A DNA stretch of 64,000 bases from an uncultured Luminiphilus sp. (GTDB lineage Bacteria; Pseudomonadota; Gammaproteobacteria; Pseudomonadales; Halieaceae): NCBI GenBank assembly GCA_943789425.1, contig CALSUB010000006.1:52565-116564 (forward strand). The letters run 5' to 3'. Shown here in pieces: positions 18,620 to 29,737 of this stretch. Position 1 is the first letter of the stretch. Each line of letters begins with the position of its first letter. The notes below the pieces were generated by a model that did no database searches, was not told the DNA's origin, and was given only the letters and a program-made list of their open reading frames with translations. Both the position numbers and the translations under genes were made by a program.

Positions 18620-21163
18620 ATGAAATTTCCCATTCGCACCCTCGCAGTGGCGGTTGCAGCCGCGACTATGGTGCCCACGTTCAACGTCTTGGCACAGGAA
18701 GAAGCCCTGACAGAAGAAGTCGTGGTCATCGGTACTCGAACACAAGGCCGTTCTGCACTTGACTCACCCGCTCCTGTCGATGTCATCGGCGGTGAGACCA
18801 TGAGCAATCAGGGCGACACTGACATGAGCAACCTGCTCCGAAATGTCATCCCCTCTTACAACGTGAACGATCAGCCAATTAGTGACGCAGCGACCCTTGT
18901 GCGGCCTGCTAACTTACGTGGCTTAGCGCCTGACCACACTTTGATGTTGGTCAACGGCAAGCGTCGACATCGTGCCTCAGTGATCACTTGGCTCGGTAAC
19001 GGCATCTCTAACGGCTCACAGGGCCCCGATGCTGCAGCCATTCCTGGTGCCGCACTGAAGCGCATTGAAGTGTTGCGCGACGGCGCGTCAGCCCAATACG
19101 GCTCGGATGCGATCGCAGGTGTGATGAACTTCGTACTGAATGACAGTGCTGAGGGTGGTTCATTAGAGGTTCGTTACGGCGAGTACAAAGAAGGTGACGG
19201 CGAGCAAGTCACAATTGCCGGTAACATCGGCCTTCCTTTGGGCGATAACGGGTTCTTGAACCTGACCGCGGAGTGGGGCGAGTCAGATCCAACTAGCCGC
19301 TCAGAGCAACGCGCGGACGCGCAAACGCTGATCGACAATGGATACCAAGACGTGCCGGCACCTGCCATGATCTGGGGCCGACCGATTGTCAATGACGACA
19401 TGAAGCTCTGGGCCAATTTTGGGATGGACCTGAGCGACACGCTGACCCTTTACGGTCACGCTAACTACAACAGCAAAGAAGTTGACGGTGGTTTCTTCTT
19501 CCGTAACCCCACCAACCGCGGCGCGGTCTACAGTGGTGACGGTGGCGAAACGCTGCTGGTCGGTGATCTCACTCCTAACGACGGCCAAGGCTGCCCCGTT
19601 GTGGCACTCGGCGGCGCCGATAACGTCACACCTGACGCAGATGCCTTCGCGCAAGTTGTTGCTGACCCCAATTGCTTCAGCTTTCAGGAAACCATTCCAG
19701 GCGGCTTCACCCCACGATTCGGCGGTGATGTGACTGACATGTCTTTCTTGCTGGGTTTACGCGGAGAAATCAACGATAACTTGCGTTGGGACATCAGTGC
19801 TTATCGCGGTGAAAACGAAGCAGATTTCTTCATCAACAATACGTTGAATGCGAGCTTAGGCCCCGATTCACCCCGCGACTTTGATCCCGGCTTGTACAAG
19901 CAGACCGATACCAACTTCAACGCCGACCTGAGCTGGACTGTGTCAGACGCGCTGAACATTGGCTTTGGTGGTGAGTTCCGAAACGAAGAGTTTGAAATTG
20001 GCGCTGGTCAGGAAGAGTCCTACACCGCAGGTATTTTGGCGGATCAGGGCTTCAGCACGTCTTCTAACGGATTCCCCGGATTCCCAGCAGCGACGTCTGG
20101 TACGTTCGAGCGTGAAAACTATGCCTTCTATGTCGATGCCGAGTGGACACCAACGGACAGCTTGGTAACCCAAGCGGCCATTCGCTACGAAGACTTCGAC
20201 GGCTTTGGCGACACCACTAACTACAAAATTGGTGCAAATTGGGCGATCACTGAGAACTTCGGTGTCCGCTCAACCTACAGCACCGGCTTTAAGGCTCCGA
20301 CCCCCGGTCAGGCCAACGCTTCTAACACCTCAACTGAGCTGACCAACGTGAACGGCGTACCGACGCTCATTAACAATGGCACCATCCCAGCGACTAACCC
20401 GATTGCACTGCAATTTGGCGGAAAGGAGCTGGACCCTGAGGAGTCCACCAACTTTACAGCGGGTCTTTACGCAACGCTGGGTAACTTCGAGATCACAGTC
20501 GACTACTACGACATTGACATGGAAGATCGAATCAACCTGTCATCAGAAGTCAAGCTGACCCAAGAGCAGATTGATCAGCTCGTTGCTGACAATGTGCCTG
20601 GAGCCGGTGATTTAACCCAATTCCGATTCTTCACCAATGATTTCGACACCAATACTCACGGTGTTGATGTGGTCGTTTCAACCTACACCGAATGGTTAGG
20701 CGGAACGACTGATTGGAACTTGGCTTACAACAACAACAAGACCGAAGTCGAAGGTTTTAATCCTGAGACAGTCGGTGCTGGTCGTATTCGACAAATTGAA
20801 ACGACCACGCCTGAGACGCGTTGGAATCTGTCGGCTAACCACTCGGTGGGTAGTTTCAGAGTCCTCGCGCGCTTAAGCTTCTATGACGAGTGGTATGATA
20901 GCTTCGAAAATGACGTCTTCGGTACCGACGCTGTTTTTGATAGCGAGTACCTGCTCGACCTCGAAGTCGAGTACATGATCGGTGATCACTCCAGCATCCT
21001 GGTCGGCGGCAACAACGTGTTGGATAACAATGGCCAGAAAGCAACCGACGTGAACAATCTCGGTTTCAACAGCGCAACTATCTTAGGTAATACTTACAGC
21101 CAGTATTCACCTTTCGGCATCAGTGGCGCGTTCTGGTACGCACGTTATCGCTATAATTTCTAA
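18620..21163 (+). CDS. TonB-dependent receptor
   Basis: Signal peptide, TonB box EEVVVIG, plug motifs NLRGLAPDHTLMLVNGKRRH and RIEVLRDGASAQYGSDAIAGVMN, C-terminal YRYNF. Confidence 0.96.
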   Translation: MKFPIRTLAVAVAAATMVPTFNVLAQEEALTEEVVVIGTRTQGRSALDSPAPVDVIGGETMSNQGDTDMSNLLRNVIPSYNVNDQPISDAATLVRPANLRGLAPDHTLMLVNGKRRHRASVITWLGNGISNGSQGPDAAAIPGAALKRIEVLRDGASAQYGSDAIAGVMNFVLNDSAEGGSLEVRYGEYKEGDGEQVTIAGNIGLPLGDNGFLNLTAEWGESDPTSRSEQRADAQTLIDNGYQDVPAPAMIWGRPIVNDDMKLWANFGMDLSDTLTLYGHANYNSKEVDGGFFFRNPTNRGAVYSGDGGETLLVGDLTPNDGQGCPVVALGGADNVTPDADAFAQVVADPNCFSFQETIPGGFTPRFGGDVTDMSFLLGLRGEINDNLRWDISAYRGENEADFFINNTLNASLGPDSPRDFDPGLYKQTDTNFNADLSWTVSDALNIGFGGEFRNEEFEIGAGQEESYTAGILADQGFSTSSNGFPGFPAATSGTFERENYAFYVDAEWTPTDSLVTQAAIRYEDFDGFGDTTNYKIGANWAITENFGVRSTYSTGFKAPTPGQANASNTSTELTNVNGVPTLINNGTIPATNPIALQFGGKELDPEESTNFTAGLYATLGNFEITVDYYDIDMEDRINLSSEVKLTQEQIDQLVADNVPGAGDLTQFRFFTNDFDTNTHGVDVVVSTYTEWLGGTTDWNLAYNNNKTEVEGFNPETVGAGRIRQIETTTPETRWNLSANHSVGSFRVLARLSFYDEWYDSFENDVFGTDAVFDSEYLLDLEVEYMIGDHSSILVGGNNVLDNNGQKATDVNNLGFNSATILGNTYSQYSPFGISGAFWYARYRYNF

Positions 21164-21189
21164 GCAAGACTGCTAGCAAGTACGATATG

Positions 21190-21210
21190 GGGGGCTTCGG
21201 CCCCCTTTTT
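21190..21210 (+). terminator. Rho-independent terminator after the TonB-dependent receptor
   Basis: GGGGGC-TTCG-GCCCCC-TTTTT. Confidence 0.9.
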
Positions 21211-21260
21211 ATTGCTGAGAATACGCTTTACGCTCGAGACCATTACGGGAGCGGTGTCAT

Positions 21261-22970
21261 ATGCGGTTTACTTTATTGCGATCATTCCTTTTTTTGCTGA
21301 TGCTGCTGACTGCGGCGCTTAGCGCGGGTTGCCAACCGACTACCCCACCTGCCGATACCATTGTCATCGGCACACTCTACACTTCGAATCCACAGCAGCC
21401 TGAGGCAGAAGCCGTCGCTATCCAAGGTGGTCGTTTTCGCTTTGTCGGCAGCCAAGAAGAGGCACTGAAACTCGCAGACTCAAACACCACCGTCATCCAC
21501 CTTGATAACGCAGTAGCGTATCCAGGACTGATTGATGCACATGTCCATGTCGCGGGGATTGGGTCGGCACTTCGATCGGTTGATCTCAGGAGTGCGCAGG
21601 ATTTCAGCGAAATCATCGAGCGCGTTCACGCCCGCGCAGAGGCTTTACGACCAGGCACCGTCATATTGGGCACGGGCTGGCATCAGAGCAAATGGACTCA
21701 GCCACCTGAGGGACACCTCAATGGCTTTCCCACTCACGATGCGCTGTCACAAGCGGTGCCAAACCACCCGGTGCTATTAGAGCATGCCAATGGACATTCT
21801 GTGCTCTTAAACCAAGCCGCCATGGACTCGTTGGGCATCACAGGTGACTCTATAGCGCCCGAGGGGGGTGTCATTGTGCGGGTCAACGGAGCACCCACAG
21901 GCCTCCTCCATGAGACCGCCATCGCACTCACCGCTCCGCTGCAACGTTACGATTTAACGACAGCCACCTCCTTGGTGGATGCCGCGCAATGGCACCTGCT
22001 GAGTCAAGGGATCACCACCGCGCATGATGCCGGCGCGTCACAGGTGGACCTCGCCGCACAAACCCGCATGGCGCAGGAGGGCAACCTCATCGTCAGGCTC
22101 TACTCCATGGTCTATGCCAGCGATGAAAGGGCGCTGGAGGAGTGGTTAGCTCGAGGCCCACTCCTCAATGACGGCGATCATCGGCTCGCTGTTCGCTCGA
22201 TTAAGGTGCAGGCAGATGGCGCACTGGGCTCTCGAACCGCTTGGTTACACGCCCCCTATTCGGATGCACCGGATACCCGAGGCGTGCTCACCTTTAGCCT
22301 CGAAGCGCTCAGTGAACTCATTGCTAAAACGCGCGAGGATAATTGGCAAATCAATGTCCACGCCATCGGTGATCGCGCCAATTCTGAGGTTCTCTCGGTT
22401 TTTGCGCCCTTCACCAAAGCGGCCGTAGACCACCGTTTTCGAATCGAGCATGCCCAGCATCTCCGTTTAGGGGATGCCGCGTTGTTCGCGGAACAACAGG
22501 TGATCGCCTCGATGCAGCCCATCCATCTCAGCTCTGACCGCCCATGGGCTATCGATCGGCTGGGCCGACAGCGTATTGAGGACGGCGCGTATATATGGCG
22601 AGATCTGCTCCGTGAAGGAGTACTCATCGTGACCGGAACCGATGCACCAGTAGAACCCGTTAACCCCATTGCTAATTTTTACGCCGCGGTAACCCGTCGG
22701 TCCCTCGATGGCACGCCCGCAACGGGCTTTGAACCGGCGCAAAAGCTCACTCGCCAAGAAGCGCTGTATGCCATGACCCTTGCAGGGGCCTACGCAGGGT
22801 TTGAGGAAAATGAGAAAGGCTCTATCGAAGTCGGCAAACTGGCTGACCTCACGGTGCTGTCACAAGACCTCATGACGGTCGAGGCAGAACGGATACTCGA
22901 CACCGTGGTGTCGTGGACCATGGTCAATGGCGAGGTCGTGTACTCCCGTAATGCAGCAAAGGCACCGTAA
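21261..22970 (+). CDS. Amidohydrolase family 3 (YtcJ-like) lipoprotein
   Basis: Lipobox LSAGC, PGLIDAHVH, KVQADGALGSRTA, HAIGDRA, RIEHAQ, GTDAPVE, GSIEVGKLAD. Confidence 0.92.
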   Translation: MRFTLLRSFLFLLMLLTAALSAGCQPTTPPADTIVIGTLYTSNPQQPEAEAVAIQGGRFRFVGSQEEALKLADSNTTVIHLDNAVAYPGLIDAHVHVAGIGSALRSVDLRSAQDFSEIIERVHARAEALRPGTVILGTGWHQSKWTQPPEGHLNGFPTHDALSQAVPNHPVLLEHANGHSVLLNQAAMDSLGITGDSIAPEGGVIVRVNGAPTGLLHETAIALTAPLQRYDLTTATSLVDAAQWHLLSQGITTAHDAGASQVDLAAQTRMAQEGNLIVRLYSMVYASDERALEEWLARGPLLNDGDHRLAVRSIKVQADGALGSRTAWLHAPYSDAPDTRGVLTFSLEALSELIAKTREDNWQINVHAIGDRANSEVLSVFAPFTKAAVDHRFRIEHAQHLRLGDAALFAEQQVIASMQPIHLSSDRPWAIDRLGRQRIEDGAYIWRDLLREGVLIVTGTDAPVEPVNPIANFYAAVTRRSLDGTPATGFEPAQKLTRQEALYAMTLAGAYAGFEENEKGSIEVGKLADLTVLSQDLMTVEAERILDTVVSWTMVNGEVVYSRNAAKAP

Positions 22971-23013
22971 GCCGATCACAATCGGATGCCAATGACAGGT
23001 AGTAGCAGGCAAT

Positions 23014-23046
23014 AAAAAAGCCCGCGAACTGGCGTTAGCGGGCTTT
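23014..23046 (-). terminator. Rho-independent terminator of pnp, possibly bidirectional
   Basis: Minus strand AAAGCCCGC...GCGGGCTTTTTT between convergent genes. Confidence 0.85.
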
Positions 23047-23078
23047 CCAAGCGGCGCACGTGCGCCGCTCAACGTGAT

Positions 23079-25226
23079 TTACTCCTCTGACAGAGACTCT
23101 TCCTCTGGCGCATCGGCGCTATCGCCAGCTTCAGCGGAGCCAGATTCGTCGGCAACCTCACGCATCGACAACTTAATGCGTCCTCGTTGATCGACATCCA
23201 ACACCTTCACTTGAACATCTTGGCCCTCTGACAAATAGTCAGACACATTCTCGACCCGCTCGTCTGCGATCTGAGAAATGTGCACCAGTCCATCTTTGCC
23301 CGGCAAAATCGTTACGAAGGCACCGAAGTCGACAATCCTTGCCACTTTACCCGTGTAAATGGCACCAACCTCGGCTTCCGCCGTAATCGACATAATGATT
23401 TCAACCGCCGCATCGCGCGCGGCCGCATTCTGGCCAAAGACCTTAACGGTACCGTCGTCATCAATGTCCACCGTAGCGCCCGAGTCTTCGGTGATCTGTC
23501 GAATCGTCGCGCCACCCTTACCAATAATGTCCCGAATCTTGTCTTGATCGACCTTTAAGGTCGCCATACTCGGTGCGTTATCTGAGGTGATTTCGCGTGG
23601 CGCATCCAGCACCGTATTCATCTGTCCGAGGATATGCAGTCGTGCCTCTAGCGCCTGCTCGAGCGCACGCTCCATGATTTCCTCGTTAATACCCTCGATC
23701 TTGATATCCATTTGCAGCGCGGTGATGCCTTTGGCAGTACCAGCCACTTTGAAGTCCATATCACCAAGGTGGTCCTCGTCACCGAGAATATCAGTCAATA
23801 CGGCAAACTGATTGCCATCCTTGACCAGACCCATCGCAATACCGGCGACCGGCGCCGATAGCGGCACGCCAGCGGCCATCATAGAGAGAGAACCGACACA
23901 GACCGACGCCATAGAACTCGAGCCATTCGATTCGGTGATCTCCGAGACCACGCGGATGGTGTAAGGGAATTCCTCGGCATTGGGCAGCACTGCCGCTAGA
24001 CCGCGACGCGCCAATCGGCCGTGACCAATTTCTCGACGGCTGGTAAAACCAATGCGTCCCGCCTCGCCCACTGAGTAGGGAGGGAAATTGTAGTGCAACA
24101 TGAACGGGTCTCGGCGCTCACCCTCAAGGGCGTCAATGATTTGAGCATCGCGTGTAGAACCCAGCGTGACAGCGCCAATCGCCTGCGTCTCTCCGCGAGT
24201 GAACAATGCTGAACCATGCGCTTTAGCGAGCACATCAACTTCGCAGGCGATCGCTCTCACAGTTCGGTTATCACGGCCGTCGATGCGCGGCTCACCGGCC
24301 AAGATGCGGCTTCGCACGATGCGCTTTTCAAGACTCTTGAACACATCTTTCACGTCGTCGGCAGACGGGCCGCCCTCTGTTGCCAGCTCAGCCAGCACCT
24401 GATCCCGTACCTGACCGACCTGCTCGTAACGAGCGGTTTTCTCAGTCGTACGATATGCCTCACCCAGGGGTCCCTGCGCGGCAGCCTCTACGGCGCTCAC
24501 CAAGCCGGCATCCGCCTCGGGTGCTTTCCAATCCCATCGCGGCTTGCCTGCTTCACTGACCAGTTCATTGATCGCGTTAATCACCGCCTGCATTTCTTGG
24601 TGTGCAAACAAGACTGCACCCAACATTTGGTCCTCAGTTAATTCTTGCGCCTGAGACTCCACCATCAAAACGGCATCACGTGTTCCCGCAACGACCATGT
24701 CGAGCTGGCTTCCCGCCAGCGCCGCATAGCCAGGATTGAGCACATAGCCGCTCGCTTCGGTAAAACCCACTCGCGCTCCACCGATGGGCCCATTAAATGG
24801 GCACCCTGATAACGCCAAGGCAGCAGACGTACCAATCATGGCGGGAATATCGGGATCGGTGTCGTGGTCCGCGGACATGACGGTACAAACCACTTGTACC
24901 TCATTCATAAAGCCATCTTCAAAAAGTGGTCGGATGGGTCGATCGATCAATCTCGAGGTCAGCGTCTCTTTTTCGCTAGGCCGTGCTTCTCGCTTGAAAA
25001 AACCGCCTGGTATTTTACCGACCGAGTACCGCTTCTCGATGTAATGCACGCCCAGCGGGAAAAATGCCTGCCCGGGCTTTGCCTTTGGATCGGCTACCAC
25101 CGTACACAAAACACTCGTACTGCCCATCGATATCAAAACCGAACCGGTTGCTTGTCGCGCAATACGACCTGTTTCCAGCGTGACCTCATGGTCACCGTAC
25201 TGGAAAGTTTTTTTCACTACATTCAC
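23079..25226 (-). CDS. pnp: Polyribonucleotide nucleotidyltransferase
   Basis: [46 protein letters not shown] and S1 domains. Confidence 0.99.
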   Translation of the reverse strand: MNVVKKTFQYGDHEVTLETGRIARQATGSVLISMGSTSVLCTVVADPKAKPGQAFFPLGVHYIEKRYSVGKIPGGFFKREARPSEKETLTSRLIDRPIRPLFEDGFMNEVQVVCTVMSADHDTDPDIPAMIGTSAALALSGCPFNGPIGGARVGFTEASGYVLNPGYAALAGSQLDMVVAGTRDAVLMVESQAQELTEDQMLGAVLFAHQEMQAVINAINELVSEAGKPRWDWKAPEADAGLVSAVEAAAQGPLGEAYRTTEKTARYEQVGQVRDQVLAELATEGGPSADDVKDVFKSLEKRIVRSRILAGEPRIDGRDNRTVRAIACEVDVLAKAHGSALFTRGETQAIGAVTLGSTRDAQIIDALEGERRDPFMLHYNFPPYSVGEAGRIGFTSRREIGHGRLARRGLAAVLPNAEEFPYTIRVVSEITESNGSSSMASVCVGSLSMMAAGVPLSAPVAGIAMGLVKDGNQFAVLTDILGDEDHLGDMDFKVAGTAKGITALQMDIKIEGINEEIMERALEQALEARLHILGQMNTVLDAPREITSDNAPSMATLKVDQDKIRDIIGKGGATIRQITEDSGATVDIDDDGTVKVFGQNAAARDAAVEIIMSITAEAEVGAIYTGKVARIVDFGAFVTILPGKDGLVHISQIADERVENVSDYLSEGQDVQVKVLDVDQRGRIKLSMREVADESGSAEAGDSADAPEEESLSEE

Positions 25227-25278
25227 TTGTTTTCTCCAAATATGACTGAGCTGGCACCACGCCAGCCCCGATTCATCC

Positions 25279-25548
25279 TCAGCGTCGTAGACCCAACCGC
25301 TTAATCAAATCCGTATAGCGGGCGGCGTCTTTTTGCTTGAGGTAATCGAGTAATTTTCGACGTTGGTTCACCATGCGGATCAATCCTCGACGTGAGTGAT
25401 GGTCCTGCGCATGGTCTTTAAAATGGGACTGCAGTTGCTCGATATTAGCTGTGAGCAAGGCTACCTGTACTTCCGGGGATCCGGTGTCAGCCTCAGACTG
25501 CTGGTAATCTTTTACAATAGTTGCTTTCGTTGCTGCATCCAACGCCAT
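25279..25548 (-). CDS. rpsO: 30S ribosomal protein S15
   Basis: [26 protein letters not shown]. Confidence 0.99.
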   Translation of the reverse strand: MALDAATKATIVKDYQQSEADTGSPEVQVALLTANIEQLQSHFKDHAQDHHSRRGLIRMVNQRRKLLDYLKQKDAARYTDLIKRLGLRR

Positions 25549-25632
25549 GATACGTTCTCCAACCTGCTTTGTAGAAGCGAGCCTATCCGTGCAGGTTTAC
25601 AGAGAGGTTCGTGAAACGGCACCTGCCGCTAA

Positions 25633-26556
25633 TCACTGTGCCAGAAGTCTTACGGGCGCTATGGTCCCATCTTCCTGCACTTTTCCGACACCGAGGAAGT
25701 CTCCCTCTGCATCGGCGATCCGCACCATACCACTCTGTGGGCCATTTGGCACTACCACTGCCTGGCCCTTTCGCAGGTAAAAAGTTGCAGCTTCTGAGAG
25801 CGATACACTCGGTAAATGGGTGAGGCTAGCGTCAACAGGCAGCAGCAGTGCATCGAGACTGTCCTCCGAACCAGTATCCACAGCCGCCTCTAACTGCGCC
25901 AACGTCACCGCATTAGTGAGTCCAAAGGGTCCGGCCTGAGTTCGTCGCAGCGTCTTAACATGAGCTGGCAGATTCAATGCCGTGCCGAGATCCTCGGCCA
26001 ATGCACGAATGTAGGTGCCTTTGCTACAGAGCACTGCCGCGCTGATTTCGGCCGACTCACCGGGGACATAATTCAATAAATCGAAATGGTGGATGTGAAC
26101 TGGGCGAGCGGATCGCTCGACCTCTTCTCCTGCCCGAGCCCGCTTGTAGAGGGGCTGGCCATCCACTTTCAGGGCAGAGTACATCGGCGGTACTTGCTCA
26201 ATCGCGCCGGTCAGTGTTGCCATAGCATGACGCACTGCGTCTGCATCGACCGCTGCTGCCTCTTTTCGCGCGATCACCTGGCCGTCTGCATCGGCGGTAT
26301 CGGTCGCAATACCGAGCACGATGGTACTGAGATACCCTTTGTCAGCGTCCAGCAAAAACTGTGAGAATTTTGTCGCCTCACCGAAGCACAGTGGCAGCAC
26401 ACCGGTCGCCAAAGGATCTAGCGCACCCGTATGGCCCGCCTTGGCCGCCGAGAAGAGGCGTTTAGCGCGTTGCAATGCGCCATTGGAGGTCATCCCTGCA
26501 GACTTGTCCAATATCAACAAGCCGTTGACCGACCGCCCTTTTCGCCGTCGAGCCAT
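25633..26556 (-). CDS. truB: tRNA pseudouridine(55) synthase
   Basis: KAGHTGALDPLATG, QVPPMYSALK, CSKGTYIR. Confidence 0.98.
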   Translation of the reverse strand: MARRRKGRSVNGLLILDKSAGMTSNGALQRAKRLFSAAKAGHTGALDPLATGVLPLCFGEATKFSQFLLDADKGYLSTIVLGIATDTADADGQVIARKEAAAVDADAVRHAMATLTGAIEQVPPMYSALKVDGQPLYKRARAGEEVERSARPVHIHHFDLLNYVPGESAEISAAVLCSKGTYIRALAEDLGTALNLPAHVKTLRRTQAGPFGLTNAVTLAQLEAAVDTGSEDSLDALLLPVDASLTHLPSVSLSEAATFYLRKGQAVVVPNGPQSGMVRIADAEGDFLGVGKVQEDGTIAPVRLLAQ

Positions 26557-26561
26557 CTTGG

Positions 26562-27065
26562 CTAGGCTTCTGTAGGGTCTGAATCTGTATTTGAATCTGG
26601 GCCAGTGTGGACCTCTGAGTCAGCGCCCTCATCAGCACCCTCGTCCACACTCTCGTCGACACTCTCATTGATACCCTCATTGATACCCTGATGGTCAAAG
26701 AGCACCGCGTCGGCTTTACGAACCTCTCGGAGTAAGCTTTCCATATCGCGTCCGCGTCCAACACTCTCATCAAAGCGAAAGCTCAGTCTTGGAACCGTTC
26801 GCATGGAGGACTGCTTAGCAAGTTCAGACCGCAGAAACCCCGACACTTTCCTCAGTACCGCAGCAATGTCGGCTCGATCGGCCTCGGACTGCTCATCAAG
26901 TAAGGTGAAAAAAACCTTGGCATGAGACAAGTCCCGACTCACCTCAACCTCCGTCAGATTGATCCGCTCAACCCGTGGGTCCCTCACCGTCGAGTGCAAT
27001 AGTCTCGCGAGTTCTTGATGCAAGAACTGACTGACGCGCTGCGTCCGCTCGAATTCCTTGCCCAT
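26562..27065 (-). CDS. rbfA: Ribosome-binding factor A with acidic repetitive tail
   Basis: VRDPRV, VSRDLSHAKVF, RTVPRLSFRFDES; between infB and truB. Confidence 0.96.
   Translation of the reverse strand: MGKEFERTQRVSQFLHQELARLLHSTVRDPRVERINLTEVEVSRDLSHAKVFFTLLDEQSEADRADIAAVLRKVSGFLRSELAKQSSMRTVPRLSFRFDESVGRGRDMESLLREVRKADAVLFDHQGINEGINESVDESVDEGADEGADSEVHTGPDSNTDSDPTEA
26619..26690. repeat. Six degenerate 12-bp tandem units in the rbfA 3' end
   Basis: gtcagcgccctc atcagcaccctc gtccacactctc gtcgacactctc attgataccctc attgataccctg. Confidence 0.85.
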
Positions 27066-27076
27066 AGTGAGTCCCT

Positions 27077-29683
27077 TCAGAGGCTCCTAGCGATTTCATT
27101 GACATCGAAGACTTCGATGAGATCGCCCGCTTTAACATCGGTATAATTTTTCACACCAATGCCGCACTCCGTGCCATTACGCACTTCGCTAGCGTCGTCT
27201 TTAAAGCGGCGCAAAGACTCCAGCTCACCCTCGTAGATCACAATGTTATCGCGCAAGACCCGAATAGGCTTGGACCGATGAACGGTGCCTTCGATCACCA
27301 TACAGCCAGCAATCAGGCCAAACTTGGGGGACCGGAATACATCGCGCACCTCTGCGATACCAACAATTTCCTCTCGCATCTCGGGCGATAGCATGCCCGA
27401 CAGAGCGGCGCGCACATCATCAATCAAATCATAAATGACGTTGTAATAACGGATTTCGACACCCTCGTTCTCCGCTGCGGCGCGCGCCTTCACATCAGCT
27501 CGCGTATTAAAGCCAATAATGATGGCAGAGCTGGTCATGGCAAGACTGATATCAGTCTCGGAGATACCACCGACACCCCCTGACACAATATTGACCTTCA
27601 CCTCATCATTGCCCAGATCGACCAAAGCGCCTTGAAGTGCCTCAAACGAGCCTCTGACATCCGCCTTGATAATCAAGTTCAAGGTCTCGACCGATCCAGC
27701 CGTCATCGTCTCGAACATATTGTCGAGCTTGGCGGCTTGCTGCCGTGCCAATTTGGAGGTTCGCATTTTTTCTTGTCGGAAATCGGCGACCTCACGGGCC
27801 TTCTTTTCGCTCTCCAACGCGACAACGGGATCCCCCGCGTCGGGCGTCCCGTCAAGACCTAACACCTCTACGGGAATACTCGGACCTGCTTCTTTTATCT
27901 GCTGGCCATTTTCATCCAACATGGCTCTCACTCGACCAGACTGCACGCCGGCGAGCACAATATCACCCTGTCGCAATGTCCCTTGCTGGATCAGCAATGA
28001 CGCAACTGCACCGCGTCCTTTGTCGAGCCGTGACTCAATCACGATACCCGATGCCGGCACATCTGCAGGAGCAGTCAGTTCCAACAATTCCGATTGCAGT
28101 AACAGCGCGTCGAGCAATTCGTTAACGCCCTCTCCCGTATGCGCAGACACAGGAATAAATTGAGTATCACCGCCCCACTCTTCTGGTATGACCTCTTTTG
28201 CCGATAGCTCGTTTTTCACTCGCTCAGGATCAGCACCCTCTTTGTCCATCTTGTTGACTGCCACCACAATCGGAACACCCGCTGCCTTTGCGTGCTGAAC
28301 GGCCTCTTCTGTCTGCGGCATGACACCATCATCCGCCGCCACCACCAAAATGACGATGTCAGTCGATTTGGCACCCCGCGCTCGCATTGCAGTAAAGGCG
28401 GCGTGACCGGGGGTATCGAGGAAGGTGATCATGCCCCGGTCAGTTTTCACGTGGTACGCCCCAATGTGCTGGGTGATTCCCCCGGCTTCGCCACTGGCGA
28501 CTCGCGACTCGCGAATATAATCCAGCAACGACGTTTTACCATGGTCGACGTGGCCCATGACGGTCACTACCGGCGCTCTTGGCTCTGGATTACCGCCCTG
28601 GTTGGTCAAGGTTTCCTCGAGTCGCTCCTCGACTTCCTCTGCGCTTTTGAGGACGACGCGATGGCCGAGCTCTTCTACCACAAGCGTGGCGGTGTCTTGG
28701 TCTAGCACTTGGTTAATCGTGGCCATCACGCCAAGCTTCATCAGCTCTTTGATCACCTCGCCCGCCTTGACTGCCATCTGCTGCGCCAAGTCGCCAACCA
28801 TAATGCTCTCTGGCACATTCACGTCGTACACTATTCGGTCTGTGGGCTGCTCGAAGCCATGCTGATTGGGTTCGCCTTGACCCTTCTTCCTGCGGCTTCC
28901 GCGGCGCCTGACGACGCCCCCTTCTGCGGCTGCCAAATCGGTAATCGACAGATTGTGGCCTCGCTGCTTACCGCGAGCGCCACCGCGGTCTGTGCGACCC
29001 TTACCCGACTTACGTCGTAGCTCGTCTCTTTTCGGCGCGGCATCGGTCTTTGCCGGCGCGGCATGAAGGCGCTTCGGTTTTCTATCCACGTCTTTACTGG
29101 CAGGTTGAGCGGCCGCCTCTTGTGCTTGCCGTTCAGCTTCTTCGGCGCGCGCTTTGACCGTTGCGTCTAACTGCAGCTGTCTCGCTTGCTCTTCGGCCTT
29201 ACGACGCGCAGCGGCTCGCTGCCGCAATACCTCCGGGTCTTTCTCGTCTACCGCTGACAACGCGTCGTCTGCTGCAACCTCTACTTCTGGTTCTGCTACG
29301 GGGGCTTCAAGTACCTCTGCGCTCGGCGCGGCTGACACCTCTTCTACTAACTCAGGAACACCGGCTTCCTCCGTTGGCTCCGCCTCTTCGTCACGTTTGA
29401 CGTAAGTCCGCTTCTTACGCACTTCAACGTTCACCGTGCGCTTGCCAGCACCTCCCGCTCGCAACGTACTCACAGACTTGCGCTTAAGGGTGATTTTCTT
29501 GGGCGCGCCCGTTCCCTCTCCGTGGCTTTTCTTCAGGAAGGCGAGCAGCGTTTGCTTATCCTCCTCCGAGACAGCCTCTTCAGCGGAGGCATGGGGCAAA
29601 CCCGCATCCTTCATCTGGGCAAGCAATCGCTCTGCCGATGCGCCCACTGTTTCCGCTAACTGCGATACTGTCACTTGTGCCAT
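27077..29683 (-). CDS. infB: Translation initiation factor IF-2
   Basis: [33 protein letters not shown]. Confidence 0.99.
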   Translation of the reverse strand: MAQVTVSQLAETVGASAERLLAQMKDAGLPHASAEEAVSEEDKQTLLAFLKKSHGEGTGAPKKITLKRKSVSTLRAGGAGKRTVNVEVRKKRTYVKRDEEAEPTEEAGVPELVEEVSAAPSAEVLEAPVAEPEVEVAADDALSAVDEKDPEVLRQRAAARRKAEEQARQLQLDATVKARAEEAERQAQEAAAQPASKDVDRKPKRLHAAPAKTDAAPKRDELRRKSGKGRTDRGGARGKQRGHNLSITDLAAAEGGVVRRRGSRRKKGQGEPNQHGFEQPTDRIVYDVNVPESIMVGDLAQQMAVKAGEVIKELMKLGVMATINQVLDQDTATLVVEELGHRVVLKSAEEVEERLEETLTNQGGNPEPRAPVVTVMGHVDHGKTSLLDYIRESRVASGEAGGITQHIGAYHVKTDRGMITFLDTPGHAAFTAMRARGAKSTDIVILVVAADDGVMPQTEEAVQHAKAAGVPIVVAVNKMDKEGADPERVKNELSAKEVIPEEWGGDTQFIPVSAHTGEGVNELLDALLLQSELLELTAPADVPASGIVIESRLDKGRGAVASLLIQQGTLRQGDIVLAGVQSGRVRAMLDENGQQIKEAGPSIPVEVLGLDGTPDAGDPVVALESEKKAREVADFRQEKMRTSKLARQQAAKLDNMFETMTAGSVETLNLIIKADVRGSFEALQGALVDLGNDEVKVNIVSGGVGGISETDISLAMTSSAIIIGFNTRADVKARAAAENEGVEIRYYNVIYDLIDDVRAALSGMLSPEMREEIVGIAEVRDVFRSPKFGLIAGCMVIEGTVHRSKPIRVLRDNIVIYEGELESLRRFKDDASEVRNGTECGIGVKNYTDVKAGDLIEVFDVNEIARSL

Positions 29684-29737
29684 CTTTTTCTCCCAAACCG
29701 CTCAGTTCTTCGAGTGCATGCTTAGCCCAACATTCTG

